Assembly (NCBI GenBank): GCA_013239625.1
Contig: MU053431.1
Span: 372,001 to 436,000 of the forward strand
From: Lama guanicoe
Lineage: Eukaryota
Length of the DNA: 64,000 bases
Reading direction: 5' to 3'
Positions 1-12,260 of this stretch are shown in pieces; the stretch's first letter is position 1; each line of letters begins with the position of its first letter. Below the pieces are notes generated by a model. That model was not told the DNA's origin. It did no database searches and saw only the letters and a list, made by a program, of their open reading frames with translations. A program made the translations under genes and the position numbers.

Positions 1-185
1 TCTCCTCCTGCCCTTTTCAGGATAAGGAGGCTCCTTTCTCTTCTCCACTCGGGTGCTGCAGTCTCTCCCCTGGGATCCAGAGCTGCCGTGAAGGTGTGTT
101 CACATGTGGATGGTTGTTTATGTTTTTTTTAACGTGAGGAGGCACAGGGTGCGACCTCCCATTGTGTCATGGTGCTGCTGTCCCC
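1..185 (-). mobile_element. Old L1M 5'-end fragment
   Basis: ggatggttgttt...gacctccccattgtgtcatggtgctg resembles the reverse complement of ancient L1 5' termini. Confidence 0.45.
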
Positions 186-3059
186 TTAGCCGATTCCTTC
201 TATAGCCGTTAAATCACTATCCACCAAATGGAAAGCCCTCATTAAAACAGGTGGAGGACAGAGATCACTTCCCCTGCTTTCTGGATTTCTCGGCCCCAAC
301 AAGTAGATCAGACCCCAGTTCAGGTGGAAATGTATTACACGACGATTCAACACAGAGTGTGTGCGACGCCGGCATGCCACAGGGAGGGCACAGCGCGGAG
401 GGGCCTGCTCCCGGCCCAGGGTCGCAGGCACCAGGAAACCTCCTCTGCTGGGAGCGGTTTGACCTGGGACATGTCGATCCTCTGTGGCCTCCGTGTAAAG
501 TCCTCCTGGCAGGACACAGATGGACACGACAGGGGCAGGGTATGGAGGTGGGATGGGAACCAGGATGCTTTCTGGACTCCAGAGCAAGGCGGCAAAGTCA
601 GGGACAGTGAGACCAGCCGCCCTGGGAAGTTGGGATGGGAATGGAACAGAGGACGGAAGGCGGCTGACGCAGGATGAACCGCGGGATGACAAGTTCGGCC
701 TCTATTTTCAGCCCAGGAAATGGGGCCAAGCAAGGGTCAGAGAGCTTGGTTAGGAGGCTGTTAAAATAAACCTTGACCAGAGGCCCTGGGGCTGGTCCAA
801 GACAGCAAGAGGGGAGACGGGAGGAGGAGTGAAGAGGCCCGGCTGGGCGGAAGGGGAAGGGTGAACCACGGTGAAGGACCTCAGGGAAATGCGCGGTAGC
901 TGGGGAAAGTCAATTTCTCATGTTTGATTTGTTCTAAAAACAGGCACATGTGAAAGCACGGTGCCTGTCACAAAGCAGATTGTCAACAGAGAAATACATG
1001 CTGATGGAGGGAAAGATCGGTGAGGGGACACCCTCAAGAAAGATGATTGTGCAGTCTGTTCTGAACCTGATGAACTGGGGTGAATCACACAAATCAGTCA
1101 AATGCAATTATGTAAGGTTTCATTTTCCATTAGTTTTTTTTTAATGCATTTGATCTTAGAAGTGAGTAAAACTTCAAATATTTTAAAATGCCAAGTAATT
1201 TTTTTTCTTCAATTTTCTTCCATTAGTCCCTTCCAAAAAGTCTAGCTTGAAATACTTAGAAGTATTTCAAAGGCTCAAAAAAAAAGTCTGACTTTTAAAA
1301 AGTCGGTAGAAAGAGAAGGACTCCCACCAGAAGCTTCTGCAGCTAAAGAGCAAAAATGTGTTTGAAAAAATTGGTGACGTACCCAAGGCTGTTCCAAGCA
1401 TCCAGCAACTTGGATGCAAAATCCCTTTGTGTTGATGAGCCCTCTTGGCTGACAATACAGTAACTAGATTGCGTTTTAAGAGAACACCTTGCATCTTAAA
1501 ACTGTGAGGGAAACGTGAGATGAAACTGCTCATTAACGGTGATGAGGCAGTCTGGACGAGCCCTTAAACAGCCCGGCCGAGAAGGCAGCAAGTCGGAGGA
1601 TCAGAGGGCGGGCTGGCCGCTCTGGGCAGCGGTGCGGGGGGCGCCCGCGCGGGGAAGGGCTTAATTAGGGCTGCCAGTCACACTGACTGCCTGCGATTAA
1701 ATGGCGTGAGTCAGCAGGGCACGTGTGCGCCCAGTGTTGGAAGCGTGAGGGGCCAAGGGTGCTTGGTGTCTGTCGGCAGATTCTTCCCATCAGCAGCTAC
1801 ACGAGTCGCCTGCTTTCTCCGAACGGCGGGCCCTTTGTTTTACCAGCATCAGACCCTGTGCTGGAGGAAGCTCCCCAGAAGCCTGATCTGACTCCCACGC
1901 TTCCAAGGTGGTGCTGAGGGAAGTCGGCCCCGAACCAGCGCTGCCGTGTCGTGCTCCCAGCTCCTTGCTTCTCTCCTGACTGTCGTCAGCGTCCGGCCCC
2001 CCACGGCCCAGGCCCACTCACGCTGCCCCGCTGGTGTCAGGGAGGTGCTTCTGTCCCTGGTCGCCCTGCACTGTTCTCCACCCCATGACCGGGGCTGGGC
2101 CTTGACCGAGAAGCCCGTCGCCGCCACCACTCCTCCCTCCTCCACTGACCGTCCCTTCAAATCTGCCTGAGCTTGGGCAGTGAGATCTGTCTCAGGTCCT
2201 TTGAGGTGAGTCCCCGCCCTGCCCCAGGGAGACCAGACCCCCCCTGGGCAGCTCGGGCTTCTGTTGCTGTGGTTCCAGCACTGGTGCATTCTGCCCAGGG
2301 GCCGTCTGAATCCAGCTCACAGATGTGCTCCCAGGTTGCAGATACTCCTGCTTGGCTCCTCCCTGGGGTTGCCACATTATTTTTCAAAGCACTCTGTATT
2401 TTCAAAAATAGTTTAAAATACAGAGTAGGCACCCAGGAGATGGTTATTGGGTCAAAGCAAGTACTTGTTGATGGACAGAATCAAAGGTCCCAGGGAGGGA
2501 AGCTGCAGAGGGTTCCAGAAGGTCTCTTTTCATCTGGGCGGCTTGGCTGGGATACCAAATAAAGCAATAAAAATGTTAATCTTCCCAGGCCCTCCTTCTG
2601 CTTCACAGAGCCTCTGAGGCTGTGACAGCAATAAAGTAGGTGGAAAAGTTAAAGGGGAAAACATAAATTAGGTCATGAGAGGATAAGGAGACGGATTTTC
2701 AATAGGCTTCAACCTTCAGAGTTGGGAGGGCCTAAATTAAGTGGATCATACGGAACTCAATAAACAAGGATCGTAGACGGCAGATGATTTATCCCATTAT
2801 AATTTGAATGGAACTCGAGCATCAGTGACACCCCTGACCCAAAAGTTATTAAGAGGCAGCTAATAACATGAGCTGAACCGGCACAGCTGGGCTGACACTG
2901 CTGGCGCTCAGGGCCCAGGCATTCAGGGCTGGGGGTGACTGCCTGAGAGATGAACTTCATCCTTGGTGCCACAGAGCAGAACTCAGGAGGAGAGGCAGCC
3001 GGCAGTGTCCCCAGGCCACGCCCAAGCCACCAGCCTGTGGCCCGGGGCCCGCTCACCTG

Positions 3060-3608
3060 TGACCAAGGCGTCCTGAACAGCCCCCTCAGCCTGGAGAAGC
3101 CTGAGACACCTCTCTTCCCAGGCGGAGCTTTCTGGCCTCCCTTTCCTTTGAGCATCTGCTCTAGAAGACTTACAACCGTAAATTCTTTCTCTGCCCCTTG
3201 GCAGATTTCCCCTGAACCCCTTGTCCATTTGACAACCCAGGACGTACTCTTCTCAAGGACCTGGGAGCCACCTCCTTGACATGTAAGCACGTGGGGAGCC
3301 AGCATCTCGTCTCCCGGTCTCCAGAGGAGAGGGGCCGCCCAACGTCCACAGGCGCCGCCTGCACGCACAGGCAGCCCGTCCCCGAGAGGAGCATCTGCGG
3401 CTGGGACTCAGTGCGCCGCACCCTCCCACTGGCCACCTCCCCTGGGCTGGGCGCCGTTGCTTTCCCACTGGCTCGCCCTAGGGCTCAGAGCCCCTCCCTC
3501 CTGGTTTTGTTTGCCCTGGACTGAGTCCTGCTGACTAGTCCTGCTGACTAGTCTTGAGTAATGTCTTGCCTGTTGAACTCTGGTGCAGTTTTTACTTTGG
3601 AGGCATCA
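3060..3608 (+). mobile_element. MER89-like solo LTR (ERV1)
   Basis: Starts tgaccaag; contains gtaaattctttctctgcccc and tctcaaggacctgggagcca. Inverted homolog at 46600-47158. Confidence 0.75.
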
Positions 3609-4019
3609 GTGAAGCCATTTGCACCAAGCCCCGGTGGGGGCGCTCAGAAGCCCCCGGCCGCCTTGCGTGCGTGAACACGTGTGTGCCAGCCAGTCATCCA
3701 GGCCTGTTATTTCTGTTTGGATCAGATGATTCAGACTGTTCATGTGTTCAAACAGGGAAAAACAGACCAAACGAATCACACAGGGGGCCCAGCAAGTCTC
3801 GAGAGGCCTGGTCCCACGGCCGCCTGCGTCCCAGGGCGCACTCTGCCCCACGCGCGCCTCGCCGCAAGCCCCTCGGCACCGGGCTTCGTCAGCCACCTTG
3901 GTCATTTGGTGTGATAGGCTTTCTGCTTTTCCTCACCGCTCGGGCATCAACTGGGCAGGGGCGGGTTGCGTCACAGCAGCCAAGGCCCTTCTGAGCATGC
4001 CTCCAGGCTCCGTGAGGCC

Positions 4020-4185
4020 CACACTCCTTAGTCCTACGGGGCCCCCGGGCAGACACTGCCTCCCCCTCCTCGCTGACGAGGAAGCCAGGTTCAGACGGAC
4101 CCAGAGTCTTGTCCGAGGTCACGTGCGTGGACACTGCCATAGCTGGGATTCGGCCCCAGGCAGCCTGGACCCCAGACTGCACGAT
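4020..4185 (-). mobile_element. MIR SINE
   Basis: gaggaagccaggttcaga..gaggtcac..gctgggattcggccccaggcag core. Confidence 0.7.
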
Positions 4186-6239
4186 TTTGCAATGGGGTGT
4201 CACAAGGACTTGATTTTAGGGAGCAGGGTTTGCAGAGTGAACGTGAGCCCAGGGAGGGCCGCCAGGTCGCAGCAGGGCAGTTGAGTCAGAAACCAAGTTC
4301 CTGAGAGACTGGAGGGGCCTCCTGCTGGGGGGAGAAGGAGCTGGGCGCTGTACTGGGGCGGGCAGGGTGTCGACTGGGAGGCGTGGCAGGGCCGGTGAGC
4401 TCAGCTGTCCCGTGGAATTCTGCGGGGCTTGAGGACCCCTTGGCTGGTGCAGCACCAAGGGCCCCGAGCTGTCCCCCTCCCACGAGGACATCACTGAGCC
4501 TGGAGCGTCCGGAGTTTCAGTGCCTCGGCTGCTGGGAGAGAACCAGGGTCACCCAGGCATGCTGGTGCCAGTGGGGGCCCAGTGGCCGCAGGGACAGAGC
4601 GGTGGCGGTGCCTGGTGGGGGCGTCCTGTTTGTGAGCACAGGTGAGCGCCACCGCCTGTGTGCTTGCAGGTGCTCTTGCTCAGGGACTTTGTAGGGCGCT
4701 GAAGAGCACAGAAGCCCCTGAAGCTCGTCCTCCTGTTGTTCCTCTCTCTCCTTCTCTGCTCAGTAGCCAGTGAGGCCTGGGGAGGCAGCTGTGCTGTCTC
4801 TGTGTCAGCAGTGCCACCCCCACCTGCCAAGAGTGGAACTCACCCACAGGGATTCTGTGCCTCCCGTAGGTTAGGCCAAAGCCCCCGCCTCCTGGGTGCT
4901 GCCCTTAGAGGCCCTGGGTGGGGTGGGATCTGCTGATGGAAGCTGGAATCTGCCAGGGCAACTGGGTGTCAGTCAGTGAAACTACTGCCTGTTCGTTTGA
5001 TGGGAGAAGATTAAACTATTCTGCTCCCAATAGCGGCAGCAGCACCCCAGCCACCGTAGTGGAGAAGCCGTTTCACAGCTAAGGCGTGCCCAGGATGGAC
5101 GCTACCGAGTCATTCTCATGATGTGTGCATTGAGTTGCTTATTTTTCTCCCAAAGAGAGGCAATTCAGCTAAGTAATTTAGTGGTAGGAATAAACTATGA
5201 ATTTAATTTATGTGTTCATTAATTGTACAATTAAACAGAATACTAATTGACTGTAGAATTACAGCTAAATGGAACACTGCACCGGGGTCATTAGTCCTCG
5301 TCCTGTTGTTCACCGTGAACGTAAATTTTGGTGGTCTCATCCTACCCAATTAGGTTTTGTTTGGCTTTATTGGAGCATAAATCATGCTTCTAGCATGAAG
5401 ATTTAATCCCCCAGTATAGCTGGTGTGTTACTCCCTTGTTGCCAAGGTTACCTCTTTAAAAGAAAGGCCATCTGCTCAGAGTGGTCGGGACGGGTGGCCG
5501 CTGGGTTATCCTGTGGTCTCCCAGGTGCTCTCTGTGGAAGGGAGGGCGGAGGCGAGAGGTGTAGGTCAGTGGTGACAGCACCTGGCTTCTGCTCCCGTAT
5601 CCAGGAGGGGCCGGGAGCCCGGGTGGCGTGCTTGCAACTTCTGCAGTTTTCACCTGAAACGGCCACTTTGACACAGCAGTCCCTGGGAGCCCACACGGGC
5701 TCCTGGCTCCAGTTTGGAGGAAAACTGACTGGCAGGAAGGGTGTGTGTGCAGGAAACATGGCGTCTTTTCACGGACGTGAAGTGCCTGCGGTAGCTCAGG
5801 ACCACTGACCGCTCTGAGCTGCTCCGTCAGGAGCTCTCGCCTGGGGCTGATGCCCTGACTGTGAGCCGGAGGGTCAGGCCGTCCTCAGCTGGGCGCACGG
5901 GCTGGGCGTGCTTTTCCCAGCTGCTCAGAAAGGAAAAGGGGGAGGCAGGATGGACGTGGTGGCCCCCTAATGACACTGGAATGTACCTTCTCCACATGAG
6001 GGCAGCTGAGGCCGGGCACAGAGCCCCGTGCTTGCACCCAGTGAGGCACCAGAATCTCGCAGGGGTGCAGGCAGCTGGTCAAGATGCAGGCTCCCGGCAG
6101 AGGGGACCTCTCTCCCAGAGAGCATAAACTTCAGGGCTCCTCCCCGGGCACAGTCCCTGAATGTGGCATAAAGTCGGACATGATGCAGGCTGAGCCCAAC
6201 ACCTTCTCCTTACACAGAGCTTCTGCGGGACCAAGTCTC

Positions 6240-6350
6240 TTCAAGTCACCCAGCAAATATCAGGGTGTGTCCCAGGCACTGTGATGGGCACTGGGGATAC
6301 AGCGTCTGACGAGGCAGACTGGACCCCTGCCCCGTGAGCTCACAGCTGAG
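6240..6350 (-). mobile_element. L2 3' fragment
   Basis: ccaggcactgtgatgggcactggggatacagc..gagctcacag. Confidence 0.7.
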
Positions 6351-6461
6351 ACCACGGCCATGGGGAGCGTGGCTCAGGGCCCTGGGCGCCTTTCAAGGGC
6401 CATCGGGTAACTCTCCTCTGTCGGCCCTGACACGGCTGAAGGGGAACCCAGCGGTGGTCCT

Positions 6462-6924
6462 TGCATTAACTTCCTGTGGCTGCTGTGACAGATGACCACA
6501 GACTTGGCAGCCAAAGCCACCTAAACCAGTCATCTGACAGTTCTGCAGGTTAGAAGTCTGACACGGGCCTCCTGGCCAAGATCGAGGTGTCAGCAGCACT
6601 GGCGCCTCCCTGGAGGCTTCGGGGAGAAGTCCTTGCTCTGCCTTTTCCAGCTTCTGGGGGCGCCTACAGCCCGCGGCCCCTTCCTCCGTCCTCAGAGTCA
6701 GCACTGGTGTCACCCCACCTCTGCTGCTGTCCTCGCGCCTCCCATGCTGACCCTCTGTCACTTAAGGACCCTGTGATGGCTTTGAGTGCGTCCAGATCAT
6801 CCAGGACACCCTCCCAGCTTGGGGGCTTTGGTTAGACCCAGTCCGCAAAGTCCCTTTTGCCGTGTTGGGTAGCCTGGTTCCAGGGGTGGGGGTGAGGACT
6901 TGGGGGGGCTTTCTTCCCACCACC
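6462..6924 (-). mobile_element. MLT1D-like MaLR solo LTR
   Basis: ttcctgtggctgctgtgaca..ccttttccagcttct..gcaaagtcccttttgcc. Flanks gtcct/ctcct look like a TSD. Confidence 0.85.
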
Positions 6925-7396
6925 CTCCTCGGGGGCAAGTGGAATGCGGGGATGCCTGCCCTCAGACTGGGGGAGACAGATGCTTCTAAGAGGCTTTAAA
7001 ACTACGGGGTGTTCCCTGTTCCCGCCACCCCCAGTCTGCTCCAGTGGACACTGAAGTGAGAAGCAAGACGACAGGAGAGCCGGAGCGCTGGAGGGCAGGG
7101 GTCCTGCCTGCGCCCGTCCATGGAGAGGGCCTGCTGGAGTGGTTTTTGTTCCACATTTCGTTGCATTATGTAGACCGCTGAGCGGCAAACTCCCGTGGAG
7201 ACGAAGTGCACAGCGAGCGAGTTGGAAAGGACGGCCTTTCAGGAGATGCCACCATCCAGGGAAGGGGACTCTGCTCAGGACGTCATGCACTTTGCCATGA
7301 TGTGTTGATGAAACAGGGCCTCAAGCTAGAAAAATTTCCGTGACTAATTTCCGTGAAATATATGATCGGCATGAGATGTCATCGAACAGCTTGTTG

Positions 7397-7452
7397 GTGT
7401 CGGTGACTGAGTGTCGGTGACTGAACGTCGGTGACTGAGCATCGGTGACTGG
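7397..7452. repeat. 14-bp tandem repeat x4 (GTGTCGGTGACTGA variants)
   Basis: Units at 7397, 7411, 7425 and 7439 read directly. Confidence 0.9.
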
Positions 7453-7919
7453 CCCTGTAACAAAGGGGAGTCCAAGCTCACGTCTCAGAAGCGTGCGCCC
7501 CGCCCCCTTAGCGCCTTCACTTTGTCCCTGAGCACTGGGCACCTCCAGGCACACTTCGTGTCTTCCTCACTTGTTTATCATCTGTCTCCCCAGCGAGGCC
7601 GGGGATTTTGTGCTTTATTCCTTCTTCCAAGAACCGGAGAAGGGACTGCTATGTGGAAGGCAACTGACAAATATTTGTAGAATGAAGAAGTGATTCATGT
7701 CATATGATTGGTGCACTGTATTTTGCGTGAGAGAAATAATCTCTATTACAGAATTAAACCTGGGTTTTGGTTTTTTTTTTCTGTTTGGGGGATACGGTTT
7801 TTTAAAAGCGCAAGTCAAACAGAGATGCTTTAGCACCTTCCTGAGTTCCCAAATCAGGCCAGGCAGTGGGGGCTGGTCAGCCTCCTCCCCTCACCCAGCC
7901 TCTCGAGTTCCCACTAAGA

Positions 7920-8310
7920 TCTTCATGAAGGCACAGAGGAAAATGGAGACTTCAGGTAGCTCTGGCAGGACGCTGATGAAAAAGTTAAAAAGATAAGATA
8001 AAAGGATAATTATAGAAAAGAAAACCAGTGCGAAGAATTGTAAGTGTCCTGAAGGAAAGGACCAGAACTGCTGAAACAGCTAATTAGTGATGGCATCATT
8101 ACGGAAGAATGGCTGGCAGCGTGGTAAGTACCTCAGCATGCAGGCCACGGGCGTCCTCCACATCCCAAGGGAAGTCGCCCAGAGGGACCAAATCAGACAC
8201 ATTCTGGCAAGCACGTAAAATGATTAAAAAGATAAACTCGAAGGCCAGTTGGAGGAGGAGGAAATCCGGCCATACAAAACCAACGCAAACGAGCGTGCGC
8301 TCAGGTTGCT
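7920..8310 (+). mobile_element. HAL1/L1M ORF1-like fragment
   Basis: A-rich, with gtgtcctgaaggaaagg and agacacattctggcaa motifs of ancient L1 ORF1. Confidence 0.45.
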
Positions 8311-8527
8311 CCCCGCCCGCCCGTCAGGAGGAAACAGCCCCGGCTGCAGGTTACGGGAGGGGGGAGGTCTAAGCCCTTGCACCCGAGTGGGGATGGTCCA
8401 TGTGCGGGGCCGATACCCAGGCCGCCTCCTACCTCCACGTGCTCGCGGACTTCGCCACCCAGAGACCTTCCTCTTGGCAGTGTTACCACGATGTCTGCTC
8501 GGCCGCAGGAAGAGGGCAACTTGGCAG

Positions 8528-8610
8528 GTGAAGATTCTGTCGGGGACCTGGAGAGGCCCGCTCCACAGCCCGCGGCAGCCCCCCGGAGGCCCTGGCGCAT
8601 CCAGCGCGGC
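8528..8610 (+). pseudogene. Possible relic CH1 exon
   Basis: EDSVGDLE...EALA loosely resembles DMD ENLFSDLQDG...LLEGL. Follows ttggcag. Weak match, but in the expected position. Confidence 0.3.
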
Positions 8611-9386
8611 GTCCCTCACGCCGGCCCCCAGAGCTTCTGGCCGCGCCCCAGAGCCATGGGGCCATCACTTAAACCAAGTCACTGCGTCATAAATTGCCAT
8701 CTGTCACCCCGAGAGTCGGGCGCATCTGCCTTGCAGGAAACCAGGTGAATCTTCCTTTCTCTCTTCATTTTTGCATTTTCTCGGTTTCTAAAAGAAAAAA
8801 TCTTTCCTGTGAAAACAACCAAAAAAAGAAAAAACTCCACAGAAAGAGATGAGGCACATTCTGTGGGTCACAGCGACCTGACACTGGCTCATTCTAACGT
8901 TCGGTCCTGACTGGAGCAGGAGCGCGGTGTTTTTGTGTGGCTTTACAAACCTCCTCAGAGGCGGACTTGCGGGTCTTCTCCGATGCGTCCCTTCCGGGTC
9001 ACATCGGTCAAATACATCTTTAACAAAAAGACTGAAAAATGACTTTTCAGCTAAGAGAGCTGGGACGTTTCGGACGCTGACTGGTCGTTGGCAGAACAAG
9101 CAAACACACAGAACAGGTCCGGCCCCCCGCCGCCGGCCGCGAGACGCGGGGCGGGCCTGCTTCGCTGCTCGGAAGCGGAGGTGGCAGTGCCTCCCTCCCA
9201 GCAGCAGCCACAGAGCTGGCGGGGCCTGAGGACGGGCCAGAGAGCCGCCCTCTCCAGCGTGGGCCCGGGGCCGTGGAAGGGCCGGGCTGGGCGAGGGACG
9301 CGGGCCTTCACCTCGATGTCTGGGGGAGGGGCTGATCTGCCTTGTTAGCCTCACACGTCAGCAGCGCCATCAGCCGGCAGCCTTTG

Positions 9387-9925
9387 TGTGTCAGGAGGTC
9401 CCCAAGACCACCCTCAGGTCCAGCGACTCACTAGAAGGACCCACAGAGCTCAGAAAAGCAGTTGTACTCCCGGTTACGGGTTATTATGACGTAAACGTGC
9501 AGATCGCGGTCGGCCGGCGGGAGACCTGCAGGGTCGGGGGACGAGCAGAGCAGGCGTGAGTGCCCAGCGGTCTTCCCTGCTTGGAGTCGTGCACGATGTT
9601 TACCTTTCCCAACAGTGATGTTGGACAGCCTGCGGGAAGCATCGCCTCCCGGGGAAGCCCACCAGAGCCTGGCGGCCAGGGTGGTCATACGGCGGCTGAC
9701 CCACCGTGGGCGGACCTTTCATCTCTCGTCCCTGCAGAGGCCGAGCTGACACAGCATGGCCCACGGTCCCCCACGTACCCTGTTGCTGGCACAGGACGTC
9801 TCGGATGACCCCAGGCCTCAGGTAGACGGAGTCGCTCTTATGAGGTGGACAGTCCAAGGCTCAGAGCTCACCCCTGAGGACCTGGGCCCAGGCTAGTCCC
9901 TTCTGATGCGAGGTTAATCTCACTG
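9387..9925 (-). mobile_element. MER77/MER21-family ERVL solo LTR
   Basis: ggtccccaagaccaccctcagg..ctagaaggacccacagagctcagaaaagc..gaggttaat. tttg on both flanks. Confidence 0.8.
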
Positions 9926-9928
9926 TTT

Positions 9929-10135
9929 GAAAAACTCAAGACGTAAGTCATCAAGAACCATCAGCAAAATGGTGGGCGGGGCTCCAGGGCCCTGGGGGAG
10001 CTGGCGTGGGACCAAACGCTGACATTTCTGAGAGCTGTTTTGTGTCCCACCAGTCAGGCTGCGGTTGAGACCTGCTGTGGGCAGAGGCCCCACTAAGTGC
10101 TGAGAGGTGACAGCTCGGACTTCCTAGAACCGAAG
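9929..10135 (+). pseudogene. Relic CH2-domain segment
   Basis: Across frameshifts: EK..(stop)V, SWR..LTFL.AVL, AER*QLGLPR/LEP, then GT at 10136. Compare EKILLSWV, SWTDGLAFNAVL, LGIEKLLDPE. Confidence 0.6.
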
Positions 10136-10145
10136 GTCTAGGCCG

Positions 10146-10270
10146 AGGTCAGCACCTCTTCCTGCTGTAAACGAATGTTGCTCTGCAGGCCGCATGGTCT
10201 CTGCTCACAGGTCATAGGGGATCAGGAGGCAGGCTGGGTGTGGTCCATGATGTGTCGTCACCCACCGGCA
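10146..10270. mobile_element. MER58A-like hAT MITE, degenerate
   Basis: gcaggccgcatggtctctg..aggcaggctgggtgtggtcc. Confidence 0.45.
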
Positions 10271-10456
10271 GACAAGCCGGAGAGGAGCGTGTGGCTAGTG
10301 GCCGGTGAGTGGGGCGGACATGTGGTGGGAAGTCACACGGCAGCAGGGGCAGCTGAGCCGTCACCCGGGGGCCCATGGGAGGAGTCTGGGTGGAGGAAAC
10401 CTAGGTGGGAACTTTCAGAACTGTGGGTTTCCCTCGTCCTCACGCTGTTGTTCAAG

Positions 10457-10540
10457 ATCTAACTGAGAAATACCCGGACGTGGGCCCGTGAACAACCGGA
10501 GATCCACACCGTGCGCACGAGTGATGCTGGCTCCGCTGGG
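10457..10540 (+). pseudogene. Relic exon, end of CH2 (DMD exon 8-like)
   Basis: ttgttcaag|AT CTA ACT GAG AAA TAC CCG GAC = (D)LTEKYPD vs DMD DVDTTYPD, with the same phase-1 start. Confidence 0.55.
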
Positions 10541-10597
10541 CCGGGAGCGGCCACGGCTCACACTTGCTCTTGGCTGAAACAGCTGTATTCTTTACAG

Positions 10598-10900
10598 CGA
10601 AAACTTTGAAAACCAGGCCCAGAGGGAGACAGAAATTTCTGGATATTGTATTGCCTTTAATAAGCTGCTCACCCTGCTCGCTTCCTGAAGACGGAACCAT
10701 CAGTAAAGCGTCCCCCGAGCAGGGTGAGAGGCACAATTCATTCGGCAGATGTGTGTGGTGCCCACCGTGTGCTCGCTGCCCTCCCGGCCGGCCAGCGCTC
10801 ATGACATCGCGCAGTGATGTCGGGAGTGGCCGGCAGGGCCTCCAACTGGGAGAAAGAGCAGGTCAGGTCGTATCGATTTCACGGGACGTTTGCTAATAGG
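10598..10900 (+). pseudogene. Relic spectrin repeat 1
   Basis: Acceptor ttctttacag. Then EISGYCIAFNKLLTLL/ED, AQF, and ALMTSRSDVGSGRQGLQLGER. Compare [41 protein letters not shown]. Confidence 0.7.
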
Positions 10901-11059
10901 CTTCACGCACCCAGGGCTCACCCCGCGTGGCCGCCTGGTGCCTGACTGACTTCAGTCTGTGGCTGTTCCGTCTGCCCTGCTGCCTGTATCACACGAGGAG
11001 GGCGTGTTCCCCAGCGTCCACGGGATAGCATGCTCACTTCCCGCTTCTGATACCCTTGT

Positions 11060-11166
11060 GACGTCTGCCGAGGCCCGATGAAGCCAGTTGCCCGCAGGAG
11101 AGGTGAGATCGACCCCGGCGGCCCCCCACCTGGAGGTGGTCAGCAGAAACCGAGTCCCACCCTGAA
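11060..11166 (+). pseudogene. Relic spectrin repeat 2 helix A
   Basis: QLPAGEVRSTPAAPHLEVVSR vs DMD WLTKTEER...GPDLEDLKR. Confidence 0.4.
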
Positions 11167-11459
11167 GTCCCACTCCAGTGTTCACAGTGTTCTCGCTCCT
11201 TGGAATTCAGAGGGATGGGAGACCTAATTACAGTTTTTGCTCCCGCGTTGAGCATTTACTCCAGTTACGTGGTCCATAACTCATCGTATGTGGATTTAAA
11301 CACTACTTGGGGACCTTCCATTTTTCTCCATCTCTGAGGCAGTGAGAATTGCATTTTTTTTCCATGGAGGCCCCTTCCCTAGAGCCTTCTCTCTGCCGGC
11401 CTGGTGCTCCTTCTGGGTGAGCCTCTCCCTCTGTCAGAGGAAGAACACGGCAGCTTTAG

Positions 11460-11620
11460 CAGGTGGCTGAAAGCATGGTGTCTGGGTGGGACTGTGGACT
11501 GTGCCGCGCATCCCTAGCTCTGGGGCTCATCGTGAACTTACTCACCTCCCTGAGCCTCAGTCTCCCCATCTGCAAAGTGGAAGTAACATGGATACTTATT
11601 TGAAAAGCCCTAAGGATGAT
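11460..11620 (+). mobile_element. MIR
   Basis: cctccctgagcctcagtctccccatctgcaaagtgg. Confidence 0.7.
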
Positions 11621-11699
11621 GCCTGAAATTAAGCAGACGGTGAAGGAATAATCCGTAAAGGAACCAAAGCAGTGACAGCTGTGCATCCCCAGGGCACAT

Positions 11700-12040
11700 T
11701 TGGGGAAGAAAGCAGAGAAAAGACAAGAGGCAGAGGCTGCGGGCACTGCATTCGGTGTGGAGCCCAGAGCTCTGCCCCATGGTGATCACCGCGTGTGAGA
11801 AGTGCCGCCCGCCTTCTTCCCTGGACCAACCTCCTCGTGCCGCGGTGCTCCCGTCGGAGAGGCTGACTGCCGTCTGGGTCAGGAAGAGAAGCCCCACCAA
11901 AGGGGGCCGGGGCTGCTTCCGAAGCTCCCCTGAATGCGCATTCATCACGAGCCAAGCCCTTTGGCCAGGACAGCAGGTTGGAGCACGTGGGCAGGTGGGT
12001 TATCTGCTGAGTGTTCTCCATCTGGCTGCAGCCCCCCTCC
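11700..12040 (+). pseudogene. Relic spectrin repeat 2 to 3
   Basis: LCPMVI (LTHMVV), VLPSERLTAVW (KLGERWTAVC), LW/QD..LE (LWQELLEE), VFSIWL (LFSAWL), all in order. Confidence 0.75.
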
Positions 12041-12260
12041 CACCCCATCGAGTGGACATCATCCCGGGACAGCTCAGACCGGACAGCCGGTGAATTCAGC
12101 CTCTCCGAGGCCAGTTTCTGGCGCCAGCGCCACTGCCACTCAGAGCCTCTGTCCTGGGGCCGCTCTCGTCTCCCAAGAGTGTGGCTGACAGCTTGCCGCC
12201 CGGCCTGGTGACACACTGGGGGCGGCCCTCCCACCCCCTTCTTTACCTCCATCTCCCGTA

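Noticed and set aside
640..675. EDGRRL resembling the CH1 motif QDGRRLL
   Set aside because: Isolated, with no flanking homology or splice context, in L2-like sequence.
3726..3797. VQ..TKRI resembling VQKKTFTKWI of CH1
   Set aside because: Needs several frameshifts and has no donor. The position is plausible but the match is too weak to call.
4670..4765. LKLVLLLFLSLLL resembling CH1 KLTLGLIW
   Set aside because: Low-complexity pyrimidine sequence, and out of order with the other CH1 candidate.
7397..7452. CRISPR-like repeat array
   Set aside because: No spacers and a eukaryotic context. It is a plain minisatellite.
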